Assembly: GCA_965202615.1 (NCBI GenBank)
Contig: OZ241837.1
Coordinates: 1,288,347 to 1,352,346, forward strand
Source: Arenicellales bacterium
GTDB taxonomy: Bacteria > Pseudomonadota > Gammaproteobacteria > Arenicellales > JAJDZL01
DNA: 64,000 nucleotides
Reading direction: 5' to 3'
The position numbers and the translations under genes were made by a program. Positions within the stretch are counted from its first letter, which is position 1. Every line of letters begins with the position of its first letter. The notes below the pieces were generated by a model. The model was not told where the DNA came from. It was given only the letters and a program-made list of their open reading frames with translations, and ran no database searches. Of the stretch, positions 28,877 to 37,922 are shown piece after piece.

Positions 28877-29944
28877 TTAACCCGCTCTCGCCCTCAAAAA
28901 TGGCAGACTTGAAACCTTGGACCACTCGATCTGGGTCTGCTTGGTCTGGCGGAAAGATGAGACAATTTTTGCCGTAATCTCATCGGTTTCAGCCAGCTCG
29001 TCCAAGACCTCTTCAGCTGCTTCTTTCGCTGCAGACAGCACTTCGTCGGGAAACTGGCGAATCTGCACACCATGAGTCTCGACAAGCTTGGCCAATGCCG
29101 TTGGATTCGCCCAGTCAATTTCCGTAAGCGAATAGGAATGTTCAGCGATACATGCGGTTTCGATGATCTGTTTGATGTCATCTGAAAGGTTCTCCCACAC
29201 CTCAAGATTGATCAAGAATTCCGCGGCACCGTTCGGTTCATGAAAGCCCGGACCGTAGTAGTAGGGGGTGCTTTTGTAAAAACCCATTGCAAGGTCGGAC
29301 CAGGGCCCGAGCCACTCGGCTGCGTCAACGACACCGGAGTGCAGAGACGTTGCGATGTCGGGAGGCGGAATGCTGACAGGTATGGCGCCCAGGCGACGCA
29401 GAACCTCGCCTCCGAGGCCCGGCATTCTATACTTCAGGCCCTTGATGTCATCAAGTGAGTTTATCTCTTTCTTGAACCAGCCTCCCATGCCAATACTGGT
29501 GTTTGAGGCCAGCAGCGGTTTGACACCGAATGGCGCATAGAGCTCATCCCACAACTGCTGTCCACCATTGTGATAAATCCACACCATATGTTCCTGCGGG
29601 GTAAGACCAAAGGGGACCGCGGTATAGAACGCGCTGGCACGCATTTTGCCTTGCCAGAAAAATGCCGCAGTGTGTCCCAATTCGGCGGTACCCGCGCCGA
29701 CCGCATCCAGAACTTCGAATGGCGACACCAGTTCATTTGCAGCAAATATTCTGATTTTGATCTTGCCGCCGCTCAGGAGTTCAATTCTTTTTGCCAGCCT
29801 TGCGGCGGTTGCACCGGTTCCGGGGCTGTTTTTGATCCAGGACATCGTCATGCGCAGCTCCATTGCTTCCGATGCATAGACCGGCGCAATAGCCAGCGCC
29901 GATGCTCCGGCACCAGTCATTTTGAGAAAATTTCGTCGTTTCAT
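28877..29944 (-). CDS. TRAP-type (DctP family, COG4663-like) periplasmic solute-binding protein with Tat signal; orphan
   Basis: 'MKRRNFLKMTGAGASALAIAPVYA' twin-arginine signal from the ATG at 29944. 'FAANELVSPFEVLDAVGAGTAELGHTAAFFW', 'GGWFKKEINSLDDIKGLKYRMPG', 'DAAEWLGPWSD'. No DctQ/DctM genes in the window. Confidence 0.85.
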   Translation of the reverse strand: MKRRNFLKMTGAGASALAIAPVYASEAMELRMTMSWIKNSPGTGATAARLAKRIELLSGGKIKIRIFAANELVSPFEVLDAVGAGTAELGHTAAFFWQGKMRASAFYTAVPFGLTPQEHMVWIYHNGGQQLWDELYAPFGVKPLLASNTSIGMGGWFKKEINSLDDIKGLKYRMPGLGGEVLRRLGAIPVSIPPPDIATSLHSGVVDAAEWLGPWSDLAMGFYKSTPYYYGPGFHEPNGAAEFLINLEVWENLSDDIKQIIETACIAEHSYSLTEIDWANPTALAKLVETHGVQIRQFPDEVLSAAKEAAEEVLDELAETDEITAKIVSSFRQTKQTQIEWSKVSSLPFLRARAG

Positions 29945-29954
29945 TTTGATTTCC

Positions 29955-30779
29955 CTAGTTCCAAATTTCGTGGAAGTGGTGAACCGGACCATGACCGGAT
30001 CCGATCTGTAAGGTGTCAGCACTAGCGATGGCGGCGCTGATGTATTGTTTTGCGAGTGAAACAGACTGATTGAGTCCATTCTTTTTTGCGAGAAATGCGC
30101 ATATCGCTGAGGACAAGGTGCATCCGGTTCCGTGTGTATTCTGGGTTTCAATTCTTGGATTCGATAACGCAGTTGCGTTGTTGCCGTCGTGAAAAATGTC
30201 GACACTGTCCGATGAGCAGTGGCTGTGACCACCTTTAAGGAGTACGGAACCGCAACCTAGTGACAATAAACGCTCAGCGGCAGCGTTCATGTTCGATTCG
30301 ATGGTGTCAGCTTTACGTCGCAACAACCTGGCTGCTTCCGGAATGTTCGGCGTAATAATTGAAGCCATTGGAATCAGAACGGTTTTAAGTGCTTCAACAG
30401 CTTCATCCTGCAACAGCGGATCGCCGCTTTTGGCAACCATGACCGGATCAAGCACAATGTGACCAATATCATGCTGATCCAGTGACGAGGCAACTGAGTC
30501 AATAATTTCCGCCCTGTGCAGCATGCCGATCTTTACCGCATCCACGTTGAGGTCAGTACATACCGAGTCAATCTGCTCGACTATAAAATCCGGATTTACC
30601 TCATAGATTGCGCTGACACCCCGTGTGTTCTGTGCGGTGAGTGCAGTCACAACACTGGCTCCGTAAACACCGAGTGCCGAAAAAGTTTTGAGGTCTGCCT
30701 GAATTCCAGCGCCACCGCCGCTGTCGGAACCTGCGATCGTTAATGCGATTGGGGGATATTCCATTGACTCAGACTGCAA
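29955..30779 (-). CDS. thiD: hydroxymethylpyrimidine/phosphomethylpyrimidine kinase
   Basis: 'ALTIAGSDSGGGAGIQADLKTF', 'VLDPVMVAKSG', 'HGTGCTLSSAI'. Confidence 0.95.
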   Translation of the reverse strand: MQSESMEYPPIALTIAGSDSGGGAGIQADLKTFSALGVYGASVVTALTAQNTRGVSAIYEVNPDFIVEQIDSVCTDLNVDAVKIGMLHRAEIIDSVASSLDQHDIGHIVLDPVMVAKSGDPLLQDEAVEALKTVLIPMASIITPNIPEAARLLRRKADTIESNMNAAAERLLSLGCGSVLLKGGHSHCSSDSVDIFHDGNNATALSNPRIETQNTHGTGCTLSSAICAFLAKKNGLNQSVSLAKQYISAAIASADTLQIGSGHGPVHHFHEIWN

Positions 30780-31467
30780 GTGAATGACAATTTCCGATTT
30801 TGTTTCTGAACTGCTGTGCGATCAGTTTCGGGTCTTCGGATTCGCAAATTGCGGATACAACAGCGACTCCGTCGACGCCGGTTTCGAGAACAGCATCGAC
30901 GTTGCCGAGATCAATTCCACTGATCGCGATGATTGGGCAGGTCGAATCGCGAGATTTCAAATAGTTCACAATTTCCTTAAGTTGCTTGAGACCGATCGGC
31001 GGGCTCGGGTTGTATTTGCTGCGGGTTGAAAATATGCCGCCGACACTCACATAGCTCAATTCCTCCAATGGTGCATTCATGGCTTCTTCCATCGACCGAA
31101 CGGTCAAACCGATATGAGCCTGGTCTCCCAATCGATTCCTGGCGACACCGACTGTTTCATCACTTTGCCCAAGATGTATGCAATCAACTCGTGCTGAAAC
31201 CGCAACCGCAACCCGGTCATTGACGAATACAGGAATGCGATAGGGGCGCAATGCACTGACGATCTGTTCAACTAGCAACCCGTAATCATGATCGCTCATG
31301 GATTTGCTTCTGACCTGAACAGCTGAAACTCCACCTGCGACAGCCTTGGCTGCGAGGTCGACAGGACTTAAGTGGCGGCACTGCTCGGGATTGATCACCA
31401 GGTACAGGGACGGGTCAATCCCGCAAATGGGCGAATTTGGGCTCAGGGTGTCGCGTGCCAGCATCAT
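30769..31467 (-). CDS. thiE: thiamine-phosphate synthase
   Basis: 'LYLVINPE', 'VQVRSK', 'VFVNDRVAVA', 'HLGQSD', 'ISGI'. The start at 31467 is chosen because it follows the thiM stop. Confidence 0.9.
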   Translation of the reverse strand: MMLARDTLSPNSPICGIDPSLYLVINPEQCRHLSPVDLAAKAVAGGVSAVQVRSKSMSDHDYGLLVEQIVSALRPYRIPVFVNDRVAVAVSARVDCIHLGQSDETVGVARNRLGDQAHIGLTVRSMEEAMNAPLEELSYVSVGGIFSTRSKYNPSPPIGLKQLKEIVNYLKSRDSTCPIIAISGIDLGNVDAVLETGVDGVAVVSAICESEDPKLIAQQFRNKIGNCHSLAV

Positions 31468-31477
31468 TCGCAAGTTT

Positions 31478-32209
31478 TTAGACGGCAAGATGGTCGATGA
31501 AAGTGTTGACGAATGTTCCCGGTCCCTGAGAAGCATTGGCCGCTCGCTTCCCAATTACGCCGTAAAGAAACATTGTATTGACCGAGGCATCGAAAGGATC
31601 GTCGTAGACGGTCAGCATCGCGGCGATTAATGCGGAAAGCGTACACCCCATACCGGACACTTTGGACATCCACGGATGTCCAAGTTGCTTCAATTCACAA
31701 CTCTTCTTGCCTGAATCGACCGTGTCAATTTCACCCGTGGCAACCAAGATGGTGCTGTGTTTCTTGCACAATTCAGTTTTCGTCAGATTGAGGTGCCGGC
31801 AAAGTGCATTAACCTCGATTTCGTTTCCGCGTATGACAGTCGGCCGGTTCCGGAGCAACTCTTGACAGAACTCAAGTCGAAGACTGGAACGCTCAATCAT
31901 GGTTACATCCATGACCCATGGAATATTCTTTTTCTTCGCACATTTGCTGGCGGCTCCAATCGCTCGGCGTTTGTCATTGGTGAGCATGCCCAAATTGATG
32001 CTGAGGGCGTCGGCGGACTCGGTAAATGCGGTGACCTCGAAAGGATCATTGGTCATCGATGGTTGCGCGCCGACTGTCAGAAGCACATTCGCCGTCAATG
32101 TCGCAGCGACGTCATTGACAATGCAATGCACTTTGGGTTTGTCTTTTAAAACCTCGACGAAAGACTTGATTGATTCCAGCCCTTCCTTGATTTTCTGAAT
32201 TTCAGTCAT
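31478..32209 (-). CDS. thiM: hydroxyethylthiazole kinase
   Basis: 'VHCIVNDVAATLTANVLLTVGAQPSM', 'GMGCTLSALIAA'. The ATG at 32209 is preferred over the TTG at 32239. Confidence 0.9.
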   Translation of the reverse strand: MTEIQKIKEGLESIKSFVEVLKDKPKVHCIVNDVAATLTANVLLTVGAQPSMTNDPFEVTAFTESADALSINLGMLTNDKRRAIGAASKCAKKKNIPWVMDVTMIERSSLRLEFCQELLRNRPTVIRGNEIEVNALCRHLNLTKTELCKKHSTILVATGEIDTVDSGKKSCELKQLGHPWMSKVSGMGCTLSALIAAMLTVYDDPFDASVNTMFLYGVIGKRAANASQGPGTFVNTFIDHLAV

Positions 32210-32283
32210 ATTCACCCACTCGCCGGCGGCAAAATTCAAATAGTTGCGAGGGGAGTTAGGATGACCGGCTAGCAGTCCTGAGG

Positions 32284-32375
32284 CATCCTGATTCCCTACG
32301 CCAGAATTATCTGGATCAGGTTCAACGGGTTGCTAGATTCCTACGTCTCAGCCCTTTGGGCACCCCGTCAAGATG
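32284..32375 (-). promoter_or_regulatory. TPP (THI-box) riboswitch aptamer
   Basis: The minus-strand RNA reads 'CAUCUUGACGGGGUGCCCAAAGGGCUGAGACGUAGGAAUCUAGCAACCCGUUGAACCUGAUCCAGAUAAUUCUGGCGUAGGGAAUCAGGAUG'. It contains the GGGGUGC...CUGAGA...ACCCnUUGAACCUGAUC..GaUAAU.C..GCGUAGGGA core, with a P1 helix CAUCUUGA/UCAGGAUG. Confidence 0.9.
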
Positions 32376-32474
32376 TATCGAATATTGTAGCACCCGGATC
32401 GGGTTGCGGTTTAATTTTCTAGCGCAGGCAAAATGGATTCCTGGAATCGGAAGCAATCAATTTGTCGGGGGTAG

Positions 32475-32774
32475 CTAATATTTATTGATATCTTCATCAC
32501 CCTTTGATGTTGAACGACCGTATAGTTTCAACAAACCAATTGAAATCAGTGAAAATCCGGCGAACCAAAGCCCGACGTGTCGCCAGTCATCAAAACCGAT
32601 GAATTCAGGGATTAGCCCATTATTCTTGAGAAACGCCAAAATGGCGATCAGAAAACAGGCCACCCCTATGGGAAGCAATAGATAGTTCGTTCCCAGAACC
32701 AAGTCTGCAACGACCAATACGATCGCCAAAATTATCCAAACTTCGGTCAGAAAAACAAGGCTGTTTATATCCAT
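32475..32774 (-). CDS. small three-TM membrane protein (possible NfeD-like partner without OB-fold domain)
   Basis: 99 aa, three hydrophobic helices and a short charged tail. Starts 5 nt after the SPFH gene stop. Confidence 0.5.
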   Translation of the reverse strand: MDINSLVFLTEVWIILAIVLVVADLVLGTNYLLLPIGVACFLIAILAFLKNNGLIPEFIGFDDWRHVGLWFAGFSLISIGLLKLYGRSTSKGDEDINKY

Positions 32775-32779
32775 ATACT

Positions 32780-33724
32780 TTAATTCTGTCTGTCACTGAG
32801 TCTATCGATAACCACCTCTAGACTGCCGAGTGTTTTCGTGATGTCAGATGGCACGATGAGCGTTTTTGCATTGGACGACGATGCAATTTCGCTAATTGCC
32901 TGGACTTGTTGTTTGAGGATTTCGAAGTCAATTGCCGGCTGTCCATCGTCTCGAATTGCTTTGGCTATCAATCTTGTTTGCTGAGCTTGAGCTTCTGCTT
33001 TTACCCGTATCGCATAAGCATCAGCGTCAGCCTGAACTTTTACCGCATCCGCTTCTTTTTGCGCTTCGTACAGCTGTGCTTCAGCATTCAGTTCAATTGC
33101 TCGCTTTTTTCCCTCGGCTTCCGCGACCGCGGCTCGTCTTTCTCTTTCCGCATTTAACTGTTTACGCTGTGCTTCTTTAGTCTGTTCATCAACGCGAACG
33201 TCAATAATTTCCGTTCTTGTAATTTCAATTCCCCAAACTTCAGCGGCTTCTCGAAGATTATCCGCAATTTCCAAATTCATTGATTCACGACTGGACTGCA
33301 GATGATCCAAATCTAGTTTTCCCGCTGCTGATCTGACGATTGAGGTTGCGGCAGTTTGCACGGCAAGTTCCTCATTTCGAATTCGATAAACCGAACTTGC
33401 AGCATCAACGACTCTAAAAAAAACAGTTGAATCAAGAATGACTTCTACATTGTCCTTGGTAATGACTGAAATGCTGAATTCTGACAATTGACGTTCCAAT
33501 ATACTCACTCGATGACGAACTTTATCGACGAAAGGAACAATTAAATTCATTCCTGCATCCAATGTTTTACGATACTTGCCAAATCGTTCCACCAAAAAAA
33601 CTTCCGACTGCGGAACAACGCGTATTCCTTTGAAAATCGTTACGAAAGCAAACAAAATAACGACTATAGGAAGTATCCCTGCAATGGGAATGGCAAGCAC
33701 GTCTGTGATGGAAAATTGGGACAT
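32780..33724 (-). CDS. SPFH/Band 7 (stomatin-like) domain protein
   Basis: N-terminal TM, 'IRVVPQSEVFLVERFGKYRKTL', 'ITKDNVEVILDSTVFFRV', Ala/Glu/Gln-rich coiled-coil tail. Confidence 0.9.
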   Translation of the reverse strand: MSQFSITDVLAIPIAGILPIVVILFAFVTIFKGIRVVPQSEVFLVERFGKYRKTLDAGMNLIVPFVDKVRHRVSILERQLSEFSISVITKDNVEVILDSTVFFRVVDAASSVYRIRNEELAVQTAATSIVRSAAGKLDLDHLQSSRESMNLEIADNLREAAEVWGIEITRTEIIDVRVDEQTKEAQRKQLNAERERRAAVAEAEGKKRAIELNAEAQLYEAQKEADAVKVQADADAYAIRVKAEAQAQQTRLIAKAIRDDGQPAIDFEILKQQVQAISEIASSSNAKTLIVPSDITKTLGSLEVVIDRLSDRQN

Positions 33725-34036
33725 TCTCGAACCTCTGGTTATTGACCGTTAAAAAACGCAGCCGCAAATAATTGAGTGCATTTGCAATTTCAGAATTGTA
33801 TAACGAGCTTTTGCTAAAAATAGATGATATGGAGCCCTCTCGCCCTCGTATTTTTTCATGGATGTGACGCAAGCTGTATTTTGTCCGCTCTCTCTCAAAT
33901 TATCGGCATCTTTGTCGATTGGAATTTTAGAGTGAACGTTGATACCCGCTGATGAATATCGATTAACCGGGTATGCAGGTGCGTTTCGTGTCTGAAGAGC
34001 AGATGGGAATCAAACTGTCAGAGTAACTGCCTATCA

Positions 34037-35134
34037 ATGAAAATCAACAAAATTGAGACGTTCGCCAATCTCAAAGTCGGATTTGTCCGGATCACAACGG
34101 ATTCGGGTCATGAAGGCTGGGGGCAGGTTTCGACCTATAACGCCGACATTACATCCGAAGTAATGCATCGCCAGGTTGCGCCGTGGGCGTTGGGAGCGCA
34201 GATTGACAATCTCGATCTGTTGCTCGACACGATCTACGAGCGTGAATTGAAATTTCCCGGCTCCTATATGTGCCGAGCCTTGGCGGGGTTTGATACTGCG
34301 ATCTGGGACGTACGCGGCAAAATTGAACACAAGCCTGTCGTAGAACTGCTAGGCGGTGTCCCACACAAACTCGAAGTTTATGGTTCATCGATGCTGCGCG
34401 ACATTACCCCGCAGGACGAATTGAAACGCTTTCAGGAGCTGCGCGACCGACACGGGTTCAACGCATTTAAATTTCGGGTGGGTGCCGAATGTGGTCGCGA
34501 TATCGACCATTGGCCGGGACGAACAGAGTCAATCGTGCCCTGCATTCGCAAGGGTCTGAGTGATGAGGTCGCGTTGATGGCTGATGCCAACTGCGGGTTT
34601 TCACCTGCCCGGGCGATCGAAGTCGGTCATTTGCTGCAGGACAACGGTGTCTCACATTACGAAGAACCTTGTCCGTATTGGGAAATGGAGCAAATAAAGC
34701 AAGTAACCGATGCGCTTGAGATCGATGTTGCGGCTAGTGAGCAGATTTGCAACCTGTCTTCGTGGAAGCACCTGATTGCGATGCGTGCAGTCGATATTGT
34801 GCAGCCGGACATTTGCTATGTCGGCGGCATCTCACGCGCGTTGCGAGTTGCAAAAATGGCTCAAGATGCGGGTTTGCCAGTCACGCCGCACTCAGCCAAT
34901 CTTTCCATGGTAACCGTGTTCACCATGCACTATCTTGGCGCGATTGAAAATGCAGGGAAGTACCTCGAATTCTCGATTGAAGGGGAAGATGTCTATCCGT
35001 GGCAGCAGAACCTGTTTCTCAATCCGCCCTTTGAAGTCGTTGATAGCAAGGTGTCGATTCCAACCGAACCGGGTTGGGGAGTTGAAATCAACCCTGAGTG
35101 GTTGAACGAGGCCACGTACAAAAAAAGCGAGTGA
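34037..35134 (+). CDS. enolase-superfamily enzyme (mandelate racemase/muconate lactonizing family)
   Basis: 'GWGQ', 'KFRVG', 'LMADANCGF', 'YEEPCP', 'ASEQ', 'VDIVQPD' metal and acid-base motif spacing typical of MR/MLE members. Substrate unknown. Confidence 0.85.
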   Translation: MKINKIETFANLKVGFVRITTDSGHEGWGQVSTYNADITSEVMHRQVAPWALGAQIDNLDLLLDTIYERELKFPGSYMCRALAGFDTAIWDVRGKIEHKPVVELLGGVPHKLEVYGSSMLRDITPQDELKRFQELRDRHGFNAFKFRVGAECGRDIDHWPGRTESIVPCIRKGLSDEVALMADANCGFSPARAIEVGHLLQDNGVSHYEEPCPYWEMEQIKQVTDALEIDVAASEQICNLSSWKHLIAMRAVDIVQPDICYVGGISRALRVAKMAQDAGLPVTPHSANLSMVTVFTMHYLGAIENAGKYLEFSIEGEDVYPWQQNLFLNPPFEVVDSKVSIPTEPGWGVEINPEWLNEATYKKSE

Positions 35135-35142
35135 AATCTGCG

Positions 35143-35826
35143 CTAGTGCGGGTCGTAACACAGACTCCAGAACCCTTCTTCCAGCACAGTCGCGGAACGA
35201 AATGTTGCTTTCAGCTCATCAATGCGAGACATCCCGCCGCGTTCCCGACAGATCCGTTCCAAAACACTGATGGACTTGATTGCCAGCGTCTGGTACTCTT
35301 CTGAACTGTACATTTCAATCCATTCACGGTACGGATTATTGGCAAGTACAGGATCGTATTCCAGTGAAAGCCGATTGCCGATTTCTGCATAGCCGACGAC
35401 ACACGGCATCAGTGCGACATAGAGGTCCAGCAGGTCACCGGCCAATCCTTTGTCCAAAACAAACCGGGTATAAGCGAGGTTGGCTTGCGCTTCTTTCGTA
35501 TTCTCGAGTTGTTCTTGAGAAACGCCAAATCGTTCGCTGAAACCCACGTGCAGACTCATTTCAGTATTGACGGTTGAATGCAAAATCTCTGTTGCCCATT
35601 GCATTTCAGCAACACTGCTCGATTTGTAGACTGCCAGCGCCCAGGCCCGTGAAAAATGAATCAGGAATATGTAGTCTTGTTCCAGGTAGTAGCGAAAAGA
35701 CTCGATCGGCAGCGTACCTTCGCCGATTTCATTGACAAAATCATGGTGGCAATAGGCATTCCACTCATCAACACAAGCTCTCTTGAGTTGATCAAATAAG
35801 GATGCCGCGTAGAGATTTTTGTTCAT
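35143..35826 (-). CDS. tenA: TenA-family aminopyrimidine aminohydrolase (thiaminase II)
   Basis: 'HHDFVNEIGEGTLPIESFRYYLEQDYIFLIHFSRA', 'MPCVVGYAEIG', 'EEGFW'. Confidence 0.85.
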   Translation of the reverse strand: MNKNLYAASLFDQLKRACVDEWNAYCHHDFVNEIGEGTLPIESFRYYLEQDYIFLIHFSRAWALAVYKSSSVAEMQWATEILHSTVNTEMSLHVGFSERFGVSQEQLENTKEAQANLAYTRFVLDKGLAGDLLDLYVALMPCVVGYAEIGNRLSLEYDPVLANNPYREWIEMYSSEEYQTLAIKSISVLERICRERGGMSRIDELKATFRSATVLEEGFWSLCYDPH

Positions 35827-35921
35827 CTTGCATACCGAAGATCGCGAAATCGGATCAAATTTACCGTGATTACCAACAAAATTCCGCTTATTGTACTTGC
35901 TTGATCAATTCAGCGAATTTG

Positions 35922-36383
35922 TCAATTGGAAGTAGCGGGAGCGTATTGGTCCTGGAATTTCACAGATAACTCCCGCGCCTGCTCCATTTCGTCGGGTGTC
36001 ATTTTTTCGGACAAAAAGTCAAGGGATTCCTTTGCTGCGTCGATACCTTGAGCCGAAGCAAGTATCAGCCACGCATACGCTTCGGTGTGGTTCATTGGTA
36101 CACCTTCTCCGCGGGCGTACATGGTGCCGAGAAAAGCCTGAGCGTAGGAATTGCCTTGGGCCGCGGCCTTGCGATACCAGTGGGCGGCCTTGGCATCATT
36201 TTCCTTTACGCCCAACCCTTCGTCGTAAATCATGGCCAGGTTGAACTGTGCTTTGGCGTCTCCGCGTTCGGCCTTTGTTTTTATGTTTGCAATATCAGAG
36301 CCGGAGGCGTACGCTGAGGAGACCGCCAAGGACAGACACAACAAAATAATTTTCAACACACCCAATTCCTGGTTATTCCTCAA
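35922..36383 (-). CDS. Sel1-repeat (TPR-like) secreted protein
   Basis: Signal peptide, then repeats 'GDAKAQFNLAMIYDEGLGVKENDAKAAHWYRKAAAQGNSYAQAFLGTMYARGEGV'. Confidence 0.85.
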   Translation of the reverse strand: MRNNQELGVLKIILLCLSLAVSSAYASGSDIANIKTKAERGDAKAQFNLAMIYDEGLGVKENDAKAAHWYRKAAAQGNSYAQAFLGTMYARGEGVPMNHTEAYAWLILASAQGIDAAKESLDFLSEKMTPDEMEQARELSVKFQDQYAPATSN

Positions 36384-36427
36384 TGAGAGCCACAGACAGC
36401 TATTAGATTAAAACTCGATAATTTTGG

Positions 36428-36667
36428 TTAAACGTTCGTGACGACAACTTGTCGAACTATCGCTGTTGCCCAATCGGCATTCAACTCGACGACCGCGATT
36501 TTAAGCCAGCGCAACGGGAACTCGCCCAATTCTTCCGCGACTAACTGAATCGGAATTGATATATTAGCAAGATAAGCACACGTGTTCAAGGCGAGAACAA
36601 TCTCAGCGTTTCTTTCGTTCGCACCTCCATCCTCCCATGGCGTCAGCATGCTACGAACGAAGGACAT
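36428..36667 (-). CDS. hypothetical protein
   Basis: 79 aa ORF upstream of and co-oriented with the Sel1 gene. No motif recognised. Confidence 0.3.
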   Translation of the reverse strand: MSFVRSMLTPWEDGGANERNAEIVLALNTCAYLANISIPIQLVAEELGEFPLRWLKIAVVELNADWATAIVRQVVVTNV

Positions 36668-36728
36668 AAAACAAGAACAACGGTAGCGTTAATCTGAAAT
36701 ACAGTCAAAATTTGCAATCAATAGAACA

Positions 36729-37922
36729 ATGGTAATTGACGTACAAAACGCGCGAAGAGAAACTCCGGGCTGTTTCAGCACCATTCATTTGCATCATTCC
36801 GGTTCAGCTTTGATGCCAGACAAGGTCGCGGAAGCGGTACGCCACCATCAGGAACTCGAACTGTTTCGCGGCGGTTATGAAGCCGAGGATGATGCGAGAG
36901 ACAAACTAGTCAACACCTATACAGAAATTGCGCAAATGCTCAATTGCAGCGCTTCCGAAATCGCCTTGAGTGAAAGCGCTACCGCGTCGTGGAACAGCAT
37001 GTTCTATGGGATTTCGCAGACATTCAAGCCGGGTGACCGAATTGTTACCTCACGCGCCGAGTATGTTTCCAACATGATCGCTTTCCAGCAAATCGTGCAA
37101 CGAATCGGCGTAGAAATCTCTATAGTGCCGGATGATTCGCAGGGTCAGGTGAATGTCCGCGCACTGGAATCCATGATTGGCGCAGATGTGAAATTAATCG
37201 CGGTCACGCATGTGCCGACCTATAACGGCCTGGTTAATCCGGTCATTGAAATCGGTCAGCTTGCCAATGACTATCAGATTCCTTATCTGGTCGATGCATG
37301 CCAGTCAGCCGGGCAGATGCCTCTGGATGTTGTTCAGATCGGTTGTGATGCACTGACCGCAACGGGCAGAAAATTTTTACGCGGTCCGCGCGGCACCGGG
37401 TTTTTGTACATCAGGGAACAGTCGCTGGATTTATTTCCCCCGGCGGTGCTGGATCTTCACTCGGCCACCTGGGTCGAAAAGAACCGCTATGAATTGCAGG
37501 CCGGGGCGCGTCGATTCGAGTTGTTTGAATCGAATATCGCAGCCAGGATCGGGCTTGGTGTCGCAGTCGATTACGCGATGTCGTGGGGATTGGTGGAAAT
37601 CTACTCGAGAATCCGGTACCTGGCAGACCGATTGCGAGAAAAGCTAAGTGAGATCGAAGGCGTTACAGTTCGTGACAAAGGGGCCGAGAAGTGTGGCATT
37701 GTAACATTTTCGATCGCGGGTACTGATGCCGAAACCTTTCAGACGCTGATGCGCCGCAAGAACATCAACGTAGGCGTGTCCAAACGCAACTGCGCATTGA
37801 TCGATTTTGATGACTGGGGCGTCGATTCGGTCGTTCGTAGCTCGGTGCACTATTACAACTCGGAAGATGAAATTGATTTTTTTGTCAATGAGGTCAAGAA
37901 ACAGGCAGCTGCACCTGACTGA
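36729..37922 (+). CDS. aminotransferase class V-fold PLP enzyme (cysteine desulfurase/epimerase-like)
   Basis: 'VTHVPTYNGLVNPV', 'YLVDACQSAGQMPLDV', 'ALTATGRKFLRGPRGTGFLY' (PLP-Lys context). Confidence 0.85.
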   Translation: MVIDVQNARRETPGCFSTIHLHHSGSALMPDKVAEAVRHHQELELFRGGYEAEDDARDKLVNTYTEIAQMLNCSASEIALSESATASWNSMFYGISQTFKPGDRIVTSRAEYVSNMIAFQQIVQRIGVEISIVPDDSQGQVNVRALESMIGADVKLIAVTHVPTYNGLVNPVIEIGQLANDYQIPYLVDACQSAGQMPLDVVQIGCDALTATGRKFLRGPRGTGFLYIREQSLDLFPPAVLDLHSATWVEKNRYELQAGARRFELFESNIAARIGLGVAVDYAMSWGLVEIYSRIRYLADRLREKLSEIEGVTVRDKGAEKCGIVTFSIAGTDAETFQTLMRRKNINVGVSKRNCALIDFDDWGVDSVVRSSVHYYNSEDEIDFFVNEVKKQAAAPD

